32,864 nucleotides of DNA. Origin: Candidatus Thermosaccharophagus tengchongensis. GTDB taxonomy: Bacteria > Armatimonadota > Fervidibacteria > Fervidibacterales > Thermosaccharophagaceae. The stretch's first letter is position 1. Every line of letters starts with the position of its first letter. A program made the translations under genes and the position numbers. Positions 17,668 to 27,440 of this stretch are shown here, piece after piece. The notes under the pieces were generated by a model. The model did no database searches, was not told where the DNA came from, and worked only from the letters and a program-made list of their open reading frames with translations. The stretch lies in assembly GCA_032161105.1 (NCBI GenBank), contig JAVHTD010000028.1. One strand, 5' to 3'.

Positions 17668-17997
17668 TTGGGCACGCATGGTGGAACTGAAGCTATAATC
17701 CCGATGCTGATATATGTGGCGGCGTTGTTCTTCTTCATTTACATCTTCCTCATTCATCCGCAAAGGAAGCAGCAGCGTGAGCGGCGCCGCTTCCTTGAAT
17801 CGCTAAAGAAGGGTGACAGAGTTGTGACCGTGGGCGGCATATGCGGGCAGATAGTGAACCTTGACGAGGACATAATCACATTGCAGGTAGCCGACGGGAT
17901 TGAGCTTCAGGTATTGCGCTCCGGTATTCATCGCCGCCTTGAACAGGACGAAGCCGCTAAGGTGAAGGAGCTCTGGAGCAAGCGTCGTAGGCGATAA
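17668..17997 (+). CDS. yajC: Preprotein translocase subunit YajC
   Basis: TM helix followed by LIHPQRKQQRE...SLKKGDRVVTVGGICG. Start uncertain; TTG 17668 follows GGGGTGA. Confidence 0.92.
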   Translation: MGTHGGTEAIIPMLIYVAALFFFIYIFLIHPQRKQQRERRRFLESLKKGDRVVTVGGICGQIVNLDEDIITLQVADGIELQVLRSGIHRRLEQDEAAKVKELWSKRRRR

Positions 17998-18019
17998 GGT
18001 CATAGGGAGTGGTCTTGAA

Positions 18020-19474
18020 ATGCCCGTAAGGTGGCGAGGGCATCTCAGTTCATTCCCGATGGTGAGGGTGGCGATAATTTCTGCGCTTGCCTTGATGGCT
18101 TTCATGAGCGCATGCATGCGCCTTATCATCCAATCAACCAGACCATCACCAATGAGCCGTGAAGCCGATAGGGCGCAACTGTTGACAGCGATGCGCATTA
18201 TCGCAAAGTCCATCGTCATCATTGAGCCGGCATTGCCGAAGGTGGGGCACAGCGAATATGCAAATGCAATGTCCAGATTGGATGACCTTCTCAGAAGCAT
18301 CGTTAAAAGCGGTGATGCGGATGCGCTGAGAGCGGTGGGCATACTTTACGGCTACTTGGGCATGCAAGAGCGCGCTAATGAGTGCCTCAATGAATTCATT
18401 CGGTTGAAGGAAGCCGGCGGTGGAATCACCGAGGGAGAGCTAAAGCTGTGGCGCAGGATGCTTATGGAGAAGCCGGTTGCGCTGGATGAGCTCAAAACGC
18501 TTGAGCGCGGAATTGATGGGCTGCAGCTCGGCTGGCTTGGGCAGGTGGCTAAGGCTTGGCTTTACGAGAGGGCTTTTATGTTCGTCCAAAGCGAGCGGAT
18601 GAAATCAAGCTTGCGCGCATCAGCTATCAGAAGCCTGCTTCCGCTGTTCTTGCTTCTCATGGTGGTTGGCATGTTCTGCCTTTTTGGAATCGTTCTCTCA
18701 CCTGTGTTGCTCATCTTGCTCTTCAGGGGGTTGCGTTTGCGCCGACGAGGCACTGGCGATGTTTCGGCAAATCCTCATTTGCTCTTTGAGGCGTTTGCCG
18801 TTTACCTATTCCTGATGGAGATCGTGACGCCGATGGTTGTTCGTGCCCTTCCACATCGTGTCGCTGCTCAAGATGTCACAGTGAGTTTGATTGCAGTGAT
18901 GATTGCCAATGAAGCGATCAGCGCCTTGAGCATTCTTTGGCTTGCGATGCTGCTATATGCCCGTTCTTCCAATATGTCCGCTGTCGGGCTGAAAGTGGAT
19001 GCCATTGCGAAAGATTTGCTACACGGCTTTATCACATACATTTCCATGTTGCCATGGGTATGGCTTGCGTCAGCGCTCAGCATGCTCATTTCAAAGTGGC
19101 TCTTTGGCAGGTTGAGCGAGCCAGCTCATCCAATCGCGCAAGTGATGATGTTCGCAAGCTCAAAGGCGTTCATCATCACCGTGTTTTTAACCGGCGTGCT
19201 CGCCGCACCGGTGATTGAGGAATTGATTTTCAGGGGTGCGCTTTATAGCGCTTTGAGGCAACGCATGGGTGTGCTTTCGGGGGCTGTCTTAAGCTCGTTG
19301 CTGTTTGCCATCCTCCATCCGCAATCAATTGTCGGTGTGCCGCCACTTTTCATCGTCGGCATTGCTCTCTCACTGCTATATGAGCTGCGCCGCTCCGTCA
19401 TCGGGTGCATTTTTGCCCACGCTCTCATCAACTTCTTCTCGCTGTTGATATTAACGCTGCTCACATCCCTTTAA
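18020..19474 (+). CDS. CPBP (CAAX protease/Abi) family intramembrane glutamic endopeptidase with a long N-terminal extension
   Basis: APVIEELIFRG, FAILH and HALIN motifs, with many TM helices. Confidence 0.88.
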   Translation: MPVRWRGHLSSFPMVRVAIISALALMAFMSACMRLIIQSTRPSPMSREADRAQLLTAMRIIAKSIVIIEPALPKVGHSEYANAMSRLDDLLRSIVKSGDADALRAVGILYGYLGMQERANECLNEFIRLKEAGGGITEGELKLWRRMLMEKPVALDELKTLERGIDGLQLGWLGQVAKAWLYERAFMFVQSERMKSSLRASAIRSLLPLFLLLMVVGMFCLFGIVLSPVLLILLFRGLRLRRRGTGDVSANPHLLFEAFAVYLFLMEIVTPMVVRALPHRVAAQDVTVSLIAVMIANEAISALSILWLAMLLYARSSNMSAVGLKVDAIAKDLLHGFITYISMLPWVWLASALSMLISKWLFGRLSEPAHPIAQVMMFASSKAFIITVFLTGVLAAPVIEELIFRGALYSALRQRMGVLSGAVLSSLLFAILHPQSIVGVPPLFIVGIALSLLYELRRSVIGCIFAHALINFFSLLILTLLTSL

Positions 19475-19587
19475 CGGATGGCACATAACCACGATTGCTT
19501 TGCCTTGTCCCGAAGCGGGATTCTGAGCTGGCATAATTAGTTATGGACGGCTTCGCCCGAGGCGAAAAATGGAGTTGATACGGCGCC

Positions 19588-20499
19588 ATGAATATGAAAT
19601 GGTGGACAATCTGCCTCATTGCGATGTGCGCCACAATGGCTGATTGCGCATCCCTTGAGAGCCTTTGGGATATAGCGAAGCGGATACCGGACGAGTTTGA
19701 TGGCTGGAGAGCCGATGGCAATTGGAGGCGCTATGACCGTAACACGCTCTTCCAACACATAGACGGTGGTGCGGAGCTTTACCTCGCGTATCGCTTCAGG
19801 GAGGCACTCGTGAGGCGATATTTGAGGGATGGTGGGATGGAAATTGCCGTTGACATTTATGACATGGGTTCACCCGAGGACGCCTTCGGTGTCTTTAGCG
19901 TTGAATGCTATGGTGAAGAGGTTGGCATAGGTCAGGGTTCGGATTACATTGAGGGCTTGCTGCGTTTTTGGAAGGGGCGCTTCTTCGTCTCATCTCTAAC
20001 GCGCCTTGAGACGGATGAGAGTAAGGCGGCAGTGCTTAAGCTCGGTAAGTTGATAGACGGTTCCATAACGACTGTGGGCAAGCTCCCGGAGCTCTTGTCA
20101 TTGCTCCCGAAGGACGGCTTGAAGGAGCGGAGCGTCCGTTTCTTCCGCAGGCATACGATCCTCAACCGCATATACTTCATCGCCGATCAGAATGTCCTTC
20201 AACTCGGCGACGATACTGAGGGTATTGCTGCGGAGTATGAGCGTAAGGATGGTAAGGGGCTCTTGTTGGTTGTGCGATACACGGATATAAAGAGGGCAAG
20301 GGCAGCACTGAATGGTTTCACTAAGGCGCTCATACCGAGGGCTAAGCAGGCGAGGATGGCAAGGCTTAGCGATGGCAAGTGGATAGCCGTTGATGCGGTT
20401 GGCGAATTTTTATTTGCGGTGCTTGATGCAACAACGAGGGACCTTGCATCTCGTTTGATTGGAGCAGTTCGGGATGCCGTAAAGGGGGTGAGAAAGTGA
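19588..20499 (+). CDS. DUF6599-like secreted protein
   Basis: Signal peptide. Motifs LFQHIDGGAELYLAY, DIYDMGSPEDAFGVFS and FWKGRFFV. Confidence 0.72.
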   Translation: MNMKWWTICLIAMCATMADCASLESLWDIAKRIPDEFDGWRADGNWRRYDRNTLFQHIDGGAELYLAYRFREALVRRYLRDGGMEIAVDIYDMGSPEDAFGVFSVECYGEEVGIGQGSDYIEGLLRFWKGRFFVSSLTRLETDESKAAVLKLGKLIDGSITTVGKLPELLSLLPKDGLKERSVRFFRRHTILNRIYFIADQNVLQLGDDTEGIAAEYERKDGKGLLLVVRYTDIKRARAALNGFTKALIPRAKQARMARLSDGKWIAVDAVGEFLFAVLDATTRDLASRLIGAVRDAVKGVRK

Positions 20500-21392
20500 T
20501 GGATGGCGAATTCGTCAGGTCAAAGTTAACGAGGCGCGACTTTATTCGCCATGCAGCATATGCGGCGCTTGTGACGGCATCGGGAGCTGAGATGTTACAT
20601 GCTGGCGATGCCGGGGCGAAGGTTAAGGTTGTCTTGGTGCGCGATGAGGGTGCGTTGGACAGGAGCGGGAACCCAAATCCTAAAGTGATACTGAGCATGC
20701 TTGATAAAGCCGTTTGCGAACTCGTCGGGGTAGGTGACCCGGTTGAAGCATGGCGCCGTTTGGTCAAGCCAAATGACCTCGTCGGTATAAAGACGAATGT
20801 TTGGTCTTACCTCCCCACCCCAAAGGAGGTTGAGGATGCAATAAGGCGGCGATTGAAGGATGCGGGTGTGCGAGATGATAGGATCCTGATGGATGACAGG
20901 GGCGCATACAGGACTTTGGCAAATTGCACGGCGCTGATAAATGTGCGTCCGCTGAGAACGCATTACTGGGCTGGCATTGGTGGGTGCATTAAAAACTACA
21001 TCCCGTTTGTGCCAGACCCATGGCGCTATCATCCGGACACATGCGCGTCTCTTGGGCATGTATGGACATTGCCATCGGTGAAGGGTAAGACGAGGCTGAA
21101 CATACTTGTGGTGTTGACACCGCTGTTTCACGGGATCGGTCCGCACCATTTCTCACCGAAATACATATGGAACTACAAGGGCTTGATGGTCTCATTTGAC
21201 CCAGTTGCAATAGATACCATTGGTGTAAGGTTGCTCTTAGCCAAGCGGCGCGAATTTTTCGGTGAGGAGAAGCCGCTGCCATACAACACCCACCACATCA
21301 TTTATGCGGACAAAAAGTATGGCATTGGGACAAGCGACTTGAGCAAGATACAGCTTGTCAAACTCGGATGGCTTGAGGGTGTGCTCATCTGA
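20496..21392 (+). CDS. DUF362 domain protein with twin-arginine (Tat) signal
   Basis: LTRRDFIR Tat motif, VGIKTN, GGCIKNY and DPVAID. Overlaps the upstream stop (GTGA). Confidence 0.8.
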   Translation: MMDGEFVRSKLTRRDFIRHAAYAALVTASGAEMLHAGDAGAKVKVVLVRDEGALDRSGNPNPKVILSMLDKAVCELVGVGDPVEAWRRLVKPNDLVGIKTNVWSYLPTPKEVEDAIRRRLKDAGVRDDRILMDDRGAYRTLANCTALINVRPLRTHYWAGIGGCIKNYIPFVPDPWRYHPDTCASLGHVWTLPSVKGKTRLNILVVLTPLFHGIGPHHFSPKYIWNYKGLMVSFDPVAIDTIGVRLLLAKRREFFGEEKPLPYNTHHIIYADKKYGIGTSDLSKIQLVKLGWLEGVLI

Positions 21393-21462
21393 TGAACTGG
21401 TGCCGGTGACACTCAAAGTGAAGGGGGTTAGCACAGTGCCCGAGGAAGAGGATGTAACAGCA

Positions 21463-22524
21463 ATGCAAGGACCCGAATTGCGCCGTGACCCAATAGTTGG
21501 TAGGTGGGTGATAATCGCGGCAAGAAGGGCTAAGAGACCCATGGCAAAGGTAAGTTGTTGTGAGGGGGAGATGGATGTTGAGCCGGGCAGCTGCCCATTA
21601 TGTCCGGGCAATGAGAGCGAGACGCCGCCGGAGGTGTTTGCGATACGCCCGGATGGCAGTAAGCCAAATTCGCCGGGGTGGTTGGTGCGAGTTGTTCCAA
21701 ACAAGTATCCGGCATTGGTAATTGAGGGCGACTTGCAAAGGCGCGGGCTTGGCATGTTTGATTTGATGAACGGCGTTGGCGCTCACGAAGTCATAATTGA
21801 GACACCGAACCATGAAGCGCTGCCGGATTTATCGGTGGAGCAAATTAAGCTCATTCTATTGGCATACAGGGAGAGGATAATTGACCTGCGCAACGATAAG
21901 CGCTTCCTTTATACGCTCATCTTCCGAAATTACAGGGCGGCGGCTGGTGCAACGCTTAAACACCCACACTCACAGCTCATCGCCATTGCCATCACTCCAG
22001 AGGTTGTCAAGAGGGAACTTGAATCGGCAAGGTCACACTTCATGGAAAAGCAACGCTGTCTGTTTTGTGACCTGCTCAATCAGGAGTTGAGGCTTGGAGA
22101 GAGGGTTGTGCTTGAGACGGAGCATTTTGTTGTCCTATCGGCTTTTGCGGCGCGCTTCCCATACGAACTTCACATTTATCCGAAAGCGCATTGTCACGAC
22201 TTTGTCCTGATGAACGATGAGCAACTTGAGGACTTTGCGAAGACGCTGAAGCGCACCCTGCGCTGCGTGAGAAGTGCATTGGATGACCCACCATATAACT
22301 ATGTGCTTCACACATCCCCAAATCCTGTTCCTCGTCCCGGCAGACCTGACTACTGGCAGACGCTCCCATACGACTATCATTGGCATCTTGAATTCATCCC
22401 GAGACTCACGATGGTGGCTGGGTTTGAGTGGGGAACTGGACTTTACATCAACCCAGTTCCGCCGGAGTTGGCTGCAGAGGTGCTCAGGGACGAGCTAAGT
22501 CGCGAGGGTGCTTCGCACGATTAA
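21463..22524 (+). CDS. galT: GalT-family hexose-1-phosphate nucleotidyltransferase
   Basis: ELRRDP, CPLCPGNE, VVPNKYPAL, GAHEVIIE, the HPHSQ active site and AGFEWGTG. An alternative start is GTG 21436. Confidence 0.88.
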   Translation: MQGPELRRDPIVGRWVIIAARRAKRPMAKVSCCEGEMDVEPGSCPLCPGNESETPPEVFAIRPDGSKPNSPGWLVRVVPNKYPALVIEGDLQRRGLGMFDLMNGVGAHEVIIETPNHEALPDLSVEQIKLILLAYRERIIDLRNDKRFLYTLIFRNYRAAAGATLKHPHSQLIAIAITPEVVKRELESARSHFMEKQRCLFCDLLNQELRLGERVVLETEHFVVLSAFAARFPYELHIYPKAHCHDFVLMNDEQLEDFAKTLKRTLRCVRSALDDPPYNYVLHTSPNPVPRPGRPDYWQTLPYDYHWHLEFIPRLTMVAGFEWGTGLYINPVPPELAAEVLRDELSREGASHD

Positions 22525-22554
22525 GCTCTGCCGTGTCAACAGGGGGGCGTAAGG

Positions 22555-25500
22555 ATGGCATTGAAGGGCGGTGAGTTGAGCCATCTTGAGTTAATGCTGA
22601 GGGACAAAATGGTGCGCCTCCTATCAAGGCACAGCGGGGAGTTTTTGAGCAAGTGGCGTGAGGAGCTCAACTGGCGTTTGTCGGATGATAGCTACAGGGA
22701 GCGCGCTGGGAAAGTGATAAACCTAATCTTCGCACACATGTTGGACTGGCTCGCAGACCCGAGAAGGCACTCATCGGTAAATTCGCTCAAGCGGGCGCTC
22801 AAAAGATACATCGCTGCTGGAGTCAGCGTGGGCGTCAGTATGGCTCTCATGTTCGCTCTAAGGGATGCGTTAACTCAGACGCTTGAAAGGCACATCAACG
22901 AATTGCGCATGGATGCGGATTGGAACAAAGTTGTTCGCATCATTGATGCCTCAATTGAATCAGCGGTGCAATTCATCGCCTTGTGCTATGAGGATATGCT
23001 CTCAGAACGCCTAAGCGATGCGGGTGAAAAGTTTGCGGCGCTCTTTGAGCATGCCGGAGATGCGATATTGCTTCTTGACCCAGAAGGGAAGATACAGATG
23101 GCAAACATGGCGGCGGAGGATATGTTTGATCGCGAAGTGGGGGAGATAGTGGGCAGGAGGATCACCGATTTTGTGTCACGGGATGCAGTTTCGGAGGTTG
23201 AAGGGGCGATAGAGCGCTCCCTTAAAGAGGGCTCAGTTACATTGCATGGGATCGGCATTCAAAGGGTTGATGGGACGGTTATACCAAGCTGCCTTTGCAT
23301 AGCGAGTATCCCGACCTCTGATTGCCCACAACTTGCGTGCATCATACGGAATTTGTCCGAGGTCTATAGCCTTCAGATGGAGCTTGAGGCATCAAAGCGC
23401 TCACTTGAAGAGCAGGTAAAGGAGCGGACACGAGAGCTTGAAGAGTTATATGAGCGCCAGCGCAAGCGCGCTGAGCAGTTCCGTTTGCTTGCGAGGATTG
23501 CTCAGGAGGCATTGAGCGTCTTTGATACGGACAGGCTTTTTGAGTTTGTAGTGAAGGAGTTGCACGGGCACTTCGGATATTATGATGTGGCACTGTTTGA
23601 GGTTGATCCGTTAAATGGTGAGCTTGTGTTGGTGGCTCATTCTGGGGCGTATGAGGGTTCGTTGCCAAAGGGCTATCGCCAAAAAATCGGCGTGGGGGTT
23701 GTCGGGTGGGTGGCACAACATGGTGTGCCACTTTGCATTGGCAATGTTCTCTCAGATCCAAGATATGTGAAAGCCTCCGAGGCAGAAGAGGCGACTCGCT
23801 CCGAATTGGCAGTGCCGATAAAGGTGGCGAATGTCACTAAGGGCGTAATTGATGTTCAAGCTCCGATTGAGAATGCATTTGACACAGATGACTTGGAGAT
23901 GCTTCAGGTAGTTGCCGATCAGGTTGCCAATGCCATCCAAGGTATACGGCAGTTTCAGCGCGCACAAATGCTGCGGGAATTGAACGAACGCATAATTGAT
24001 AGCTTTCCCGAAAGCATAGCGGTGTTGAACAGGGCTGGCATAGTTGTCGCCGTCAACCCTAAGCTTTGCTATGAGGTGGGGTTGAAAAGGGAGGAAATCA
24101 TTGGCAAGCCAATTTGCGACATCGTTGACCAGTCGCTCGTTGAGGAGCTCGGTCTCAAATCGGCAATAAAAGCGGTTGTGGAAACTGGTGAACCGAGACA
24201 TTATCTTGGTGTGCATCACTTTTCCCCGAAGCATCCGGCAAAGTTGCTTGACATACACATAATGCGCCTGCAGGCAGCTGGGGATACAAGGGTGCTATTC
24301 CTCGCTGATGATGCAACTGAGCGTTCAAGGCGCGCATACAAGCTTGAGGTGCTACTCCAAATCACGAGAGCATTGGGGGAGACGCTTGAGCTTAACAGGT
24401 TGCTGCATGCCATACTCAAGTCGCTCACAGCTGGTCCGGGATTGGGATTCAACAGAGCCATTTTGTTCCTCATCAACGAGAAAGGTGAAGAGATGGAGAC
24501 GGCAATGGCGGTCGGACCGGCGACGAGGGAGGAGGCTTTTGAGACTTGGGCGAGGCTCGCTCGTGAGAAATGGACACTGCGCCATTTCATTGATGACTAT
24601 CCGGGGGAGGATGGGATGTGGGAATCACCATTTCCACAAGCCGTGCGCGGCATACGGATATCGTTAAGCGACAGCGAAGATTTGCTTGTTCAGTGTTTGA
24701 TGAGTAAAGAGGTGCGCAGGATTTCACGCCCAATTGAGTGCCCAAATCTTCACCCCAAGTTAAAGGAATTGCTCGGCGAGACAGAGATTGTATGTGTGCC
24801 ACTTGTGGCAAAGGATAAATTGCTCGGGCTAATCATCGCTGATAACGCTTTCTCCAGACACCCGATTACTGATGAAGAGATTGAAGTGCTCAAGTTGTTT
24901 GCCACATCGGCAGCGCTTGCCATAGACAATGCAAGAGCATACCAACAGATTCAAAGGCAAGCGCTTGAGCTATCAAATGCTTTGAATGACCTGCGTGAGG
25001 CGCATGAGAAGTTGATACGCTCAGAGAGGCTTGCCGTCATCGGTGAGGTTGCCGCAAGGGTTGCCCATGAGATAAGGAATCCGCTTGCGACAATAGGCGG
25101 ATTTGCGAGGGCAATACTTAAAACGCCGTATGACATAGAGCGCGTGCTGCGGAACGCGAACATCATCTATCATGAGGTGCGAAAGCTTGAGGAGTTGCTT
25201 CATGAGCTGCTTGACTTCGCCTCTCCAAGACCACCCCAGCGTAAGCCGGTTAACTTGAACGAGTTGATCTGGACAGTTTGCGCCAAACACAGAAGCGAGT
25301 GGGAGAGGGAAGGTGTTTATCTCGTTCTTGACTTGGCTGACGACTTGCCGACGGCTATGCTTGACGAGAACCAAATTGAGCGCGTGCTGATCAACCTGAT
25401 CCAGAATGGGTTGCATGCCATCGGCAAGAGCGGTCAATTGACGATAAGGACATGGTTTGAAGAAGGCAGCATCAAACTCTCCGTCTCAGATACAGGGCAT

Positions 25501-25689
25501 GGCATACCGCCGGATATGCTTCAGAGGGTTTTTGAGCCCTTCTTCACAACGAAGCCGGAAGGCACAGGGCTCGGGTTGGCGATTGTCAAAAGGACCGTTG
25601 AGGATCACGGTGGGAGTATAGATGTCCGAAGCCGAGTTGACCACGGAACGACATTCATAATTTCGTTTCCGCACGGGTCGGAGAGTTAG
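22555..25689 (+). CDS. Soluble multi-sensor histidine kinase (helical N-domain, PAS, GAF, PAS, GAF, HisKA, HATPase)
   Basis: H-box VAHEIRNPL, N-box NLIQNG, DTGHGIP and FFTTKPEGTGLGL. PAS (LFEHAGDAILLLD) and GAF (RSELAVPI; GLGFNRAILFL) segments. No obvious TM helix. Confidence 0.93.
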   Translation: MALKGGELSHLELMLRDKMVRLLSRHSGEFLSKWREELNWRLSDDSYRERAGKVINLIFAHMLDWLADPRRHSSVNSLKRALKRYIAAGVSVGVSMALMFALRDALTQTLERHINELRMDADWNKVVRIIDASIESAVQFIALCYEDMLSERLSDAGEKFAALFEHAGDAILLLDPEGKIQMANMAAEDMFDREVGEIVGRRITDFVSRDAVSEVEGAIERSLKEGSVTLHGIGIQRVDGTVIPSCLCIASIPTSDCPQLACIIRNLSEVYSLQMELEASKRSLEEQVKERTRELEELYERQRKRAEQFRLLARIAQEALSVFDTDRLFEFVVKELHGHFGYYDVALFEVDPLNGELVLVAHSGAYEGSLPKGYRQKIGVGVVGWVAQHGVPLCIGNVLSDPRYVKASEAEEATRSELAVPIKVANVTKGVIDVQAPIENAFDTDDLEMLQVVADQVANAIQGIRQFQRAQMLRELNERIIDSFPESIAVLNRAGIVVAVNPKLCYEVGLKREEIIGKPICDIVDQSLVEELGLKSAIKAVVETGEPRHYLGVHHFSPKHPAKLLDIHIMRLQAAGDTRVLFLADDATERSRRAYKLEVLLQITRALGETLELNRLLHAILKSLTAGPGLGFNRAILFLINEKGEEMETAMAVGPATREEAFETWARLAREKWTLRHFIDDYPGEDGMWESPFPQAVRGIRISLSDSEDLLVQCLMSKEVRRISRPIECPNLHPKLKELLGETEIVCVPLVAKDKLLGLIIADNAFSRHPITDEEIEVLKLFATSAALAIDNARAYQQIQRQALELSNALNDLREAHEKLIRSERLAVIGEVAARVAHEIRNPLATIGGFARAILKTPYDIERVLRNANIIYHEVRKLEELLHELLDFASPRPPQRKPVNLNELIWTVCAKHRSEWEREGVYLVLDLADDLPTAMLDENQIERVLINLIQNGLHAIGKSGQLTIRTWFEEGSIKLSVSDTGHGIPPDMLQRVFEPFFTTKPEGTGLGLAIVKRTVEDHGGSIDVRSRVDHGTTFIISFPHGSES

Positions 25690-25723
25690 ATGACAGCGAT
25701 GGCATTGGGGGAGGAAAGCCTTC

Positions 25724-26128
25724 ATGGAGGTGATGATAGTGGCTGGAGAGAAAATTCTCATAATTGAGGACAACGACATGCAACGCCTTTTATACCGTGA
25801 GGAGCTTGAAGCACTCGGCTATAGCGTGATTGAAGCAGCCGATGCTATGAGAGGGATTCAGTTAGTTGAGGAGGAGCAACCGCATTTAGTCATCCTTGAC
25901 ATCTGCATGCCCGGCATGGATGGTTTGGAGGCATTGACGAGGATACATAACATCAATCCGAGGCTGCCCGTCGTCATAAACACAGCTTACTCAAGTTACC
26001 AAGACCAGTTCATCTCTTGGCTTGCGGATGCTTATGTTGTTAAGTCATCAAATGTGGACGAGCTGCTTGAAGTTGTCCAAAAGGTGCTGAGGGAACGATA
26101 TGATGAGGAAGCCAAAGGGGGCAGATGA
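25724..26128 (+). CDS. Single-domain response regulator
   Basis: ILIIED, LVILDICMPGMDG, NTAY and VVKSS. No output domain. Start may be GTG 25739. Confidence 0.93.
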   Translation: MEVMIVAGEKILIIEDNDMQRLLYREELEALGYSVIEAADAMRGIQLVEEEQPHLVILDICMPGMDGLEALTRIHNINPRLPVVINTAYSSYQDQFISWLADAYVVKSSNVDELLEVVQKVLRERYDEEAKGGR

Positions 26129-26132
26129 GTGA

Positions 26133-27374
26133 ATGCACCAAAAGAAAGATGTGCTCACTTTCATCCTATCGGGAGGCGCCGGGCAAAGGCTATACCCACT
26201 CACAAAGAACAGGGCGAAACCGGCAGTCTCATTTGGCGGCATTTACCGCATCATAGACTTCACCCTCTCAAACTGCGTTAACTCGGGCATGATGCGAATA
26301 TATGTGCTCACACAGCATAAATCAATCTCGCTCAATAGGCACTTGAGGGAGGCGTGGCAAATATTCAGGTCCGAATTTGGCGAGTTCCTTGATACGGTCC
26401 CGCCGCAGCAGTTTATCGTCTCACGATGGTATGCCGGCACTGCAGATGCCATCTTCCAAAACATTCACCTGCTTGAAGAGGAGCGCCCAAAGTATGTGCT
26501 CATCCTTTCAGGAGACCATGTTTACAAGATGGATTACAGGGTGCTGCTTGATTGGCACATCTCAAAGGACGCCGATTTGACAATAGCGTGCATTGATGTT
26601 GAGCGCAGTGAGGCACCACGGTATGGCGTCGTGGAAGTGAATGATGACTTTCGCATTGTGGGCTTCTCTGAGAAGCCGCGCAATCCAAAGCCGATGCCGA
26701 ATAACCCTCAACGGTGCCTTGTCTCCATGGGCGTCTATGTGTTTCGGACGGAGACGCTCGTCAGGGCTGTCATAAGGGATGCAAAGCGCGACAGTGAGCA
26801 CGACTTTGGAAAGAACATCATACCGGATTTGGTTGCATATGCGAATGTCTTTGCATTCCCAGTGAGGGAATGCATGCCGGAGTCAATGCATTATTGGCGC
26901 GACATCGGGACAGTTGATAGCTACTATGACGCTCAAATGGAGTTACTTCACCCATCACCGCCATTTGACCTGTTTGACCAATCTTGGCGCATAAGAGCGC
27001 ATATTGGGCAGCAAGCGCCGACGCTCATCAGCGGGGGCAAGTGCAGGATTGAAAGCTCGCTCCTCAGCCCCGGCGTGGTCATAGATGATGCGGTCGTCAT
27101 CCGTTCCGTAATCTCGCACGGTGTGCAGATCAGGTGTGGCGCAACTGTGAAGGATTCCGTATTGCTGCCCGGTGTAGTGGTGGGGGAAAATGCTTCACTG
27201 CAACGCACCATCGTTGATGAGGGCGTCACCATACCGGCAGATACCGTCATCGGAGTTGACTTGGAGAGGGACTCAAAGCAATTCTTTGTCACAAAAAATG
27301 GTGTGGTCGTAGTCCCAACAGGCGTAGTGGCATTTGAGCAACAGCATGTGCAGGCGATGAAAGTGCAGTGGTAA
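26133..27374 (+). CDS. glgC: Glucose-1-phosphate adenylyltransferase
   Basis: LSGGAGQRLYPLTKNRAKPAV, WYAGTADAIFQN, LSGDHVYKMDY, DFGKNIIP and YWRDIGT. Confidence 0.96.
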   Translation: MHQKKDVLTFILSGGAGQRLYPLTKNRAKPAVSFGGIYRIIDFTLSNCVNSGMMRIYVLTQHKSISLNRHLREAWQIFRSEFGEFLDTVPPQQFIVSRWYAGTADAIFQNIHLLEEERPKYVLILSGDHVYKMDYRVLLDWHISKDADLTIACIDVERSEAPRYGVVEVNDDFRIVGFSEKPRNPKPMPNNPQRCLVSMGVYVFRTETLVRAVIRDAKRDSEHDFGKNIIPDLVAYANVFAFPVRECMPESMHYWRDIGTVDSYYDAQMELLHPSPPFDLFDQSWRIRAHIGQQAPTLISGGKCRIESSLLSPGVVIDDAVVIRSVISHGVQIRCGATVKDSVLLPGVVVGENASLQRTIVDEGVTIPADTVIGVDLERDSKQFFVTKNGVVVVPTGVVAFEQQHVQAMKVQW

Positions 27375-27440
27375 GCGAATTGCATGGTGAGCAGCGCGGG
27401 CATCACCACCTATAGCGACATCGGTTTTTGAAGGTGCAAG

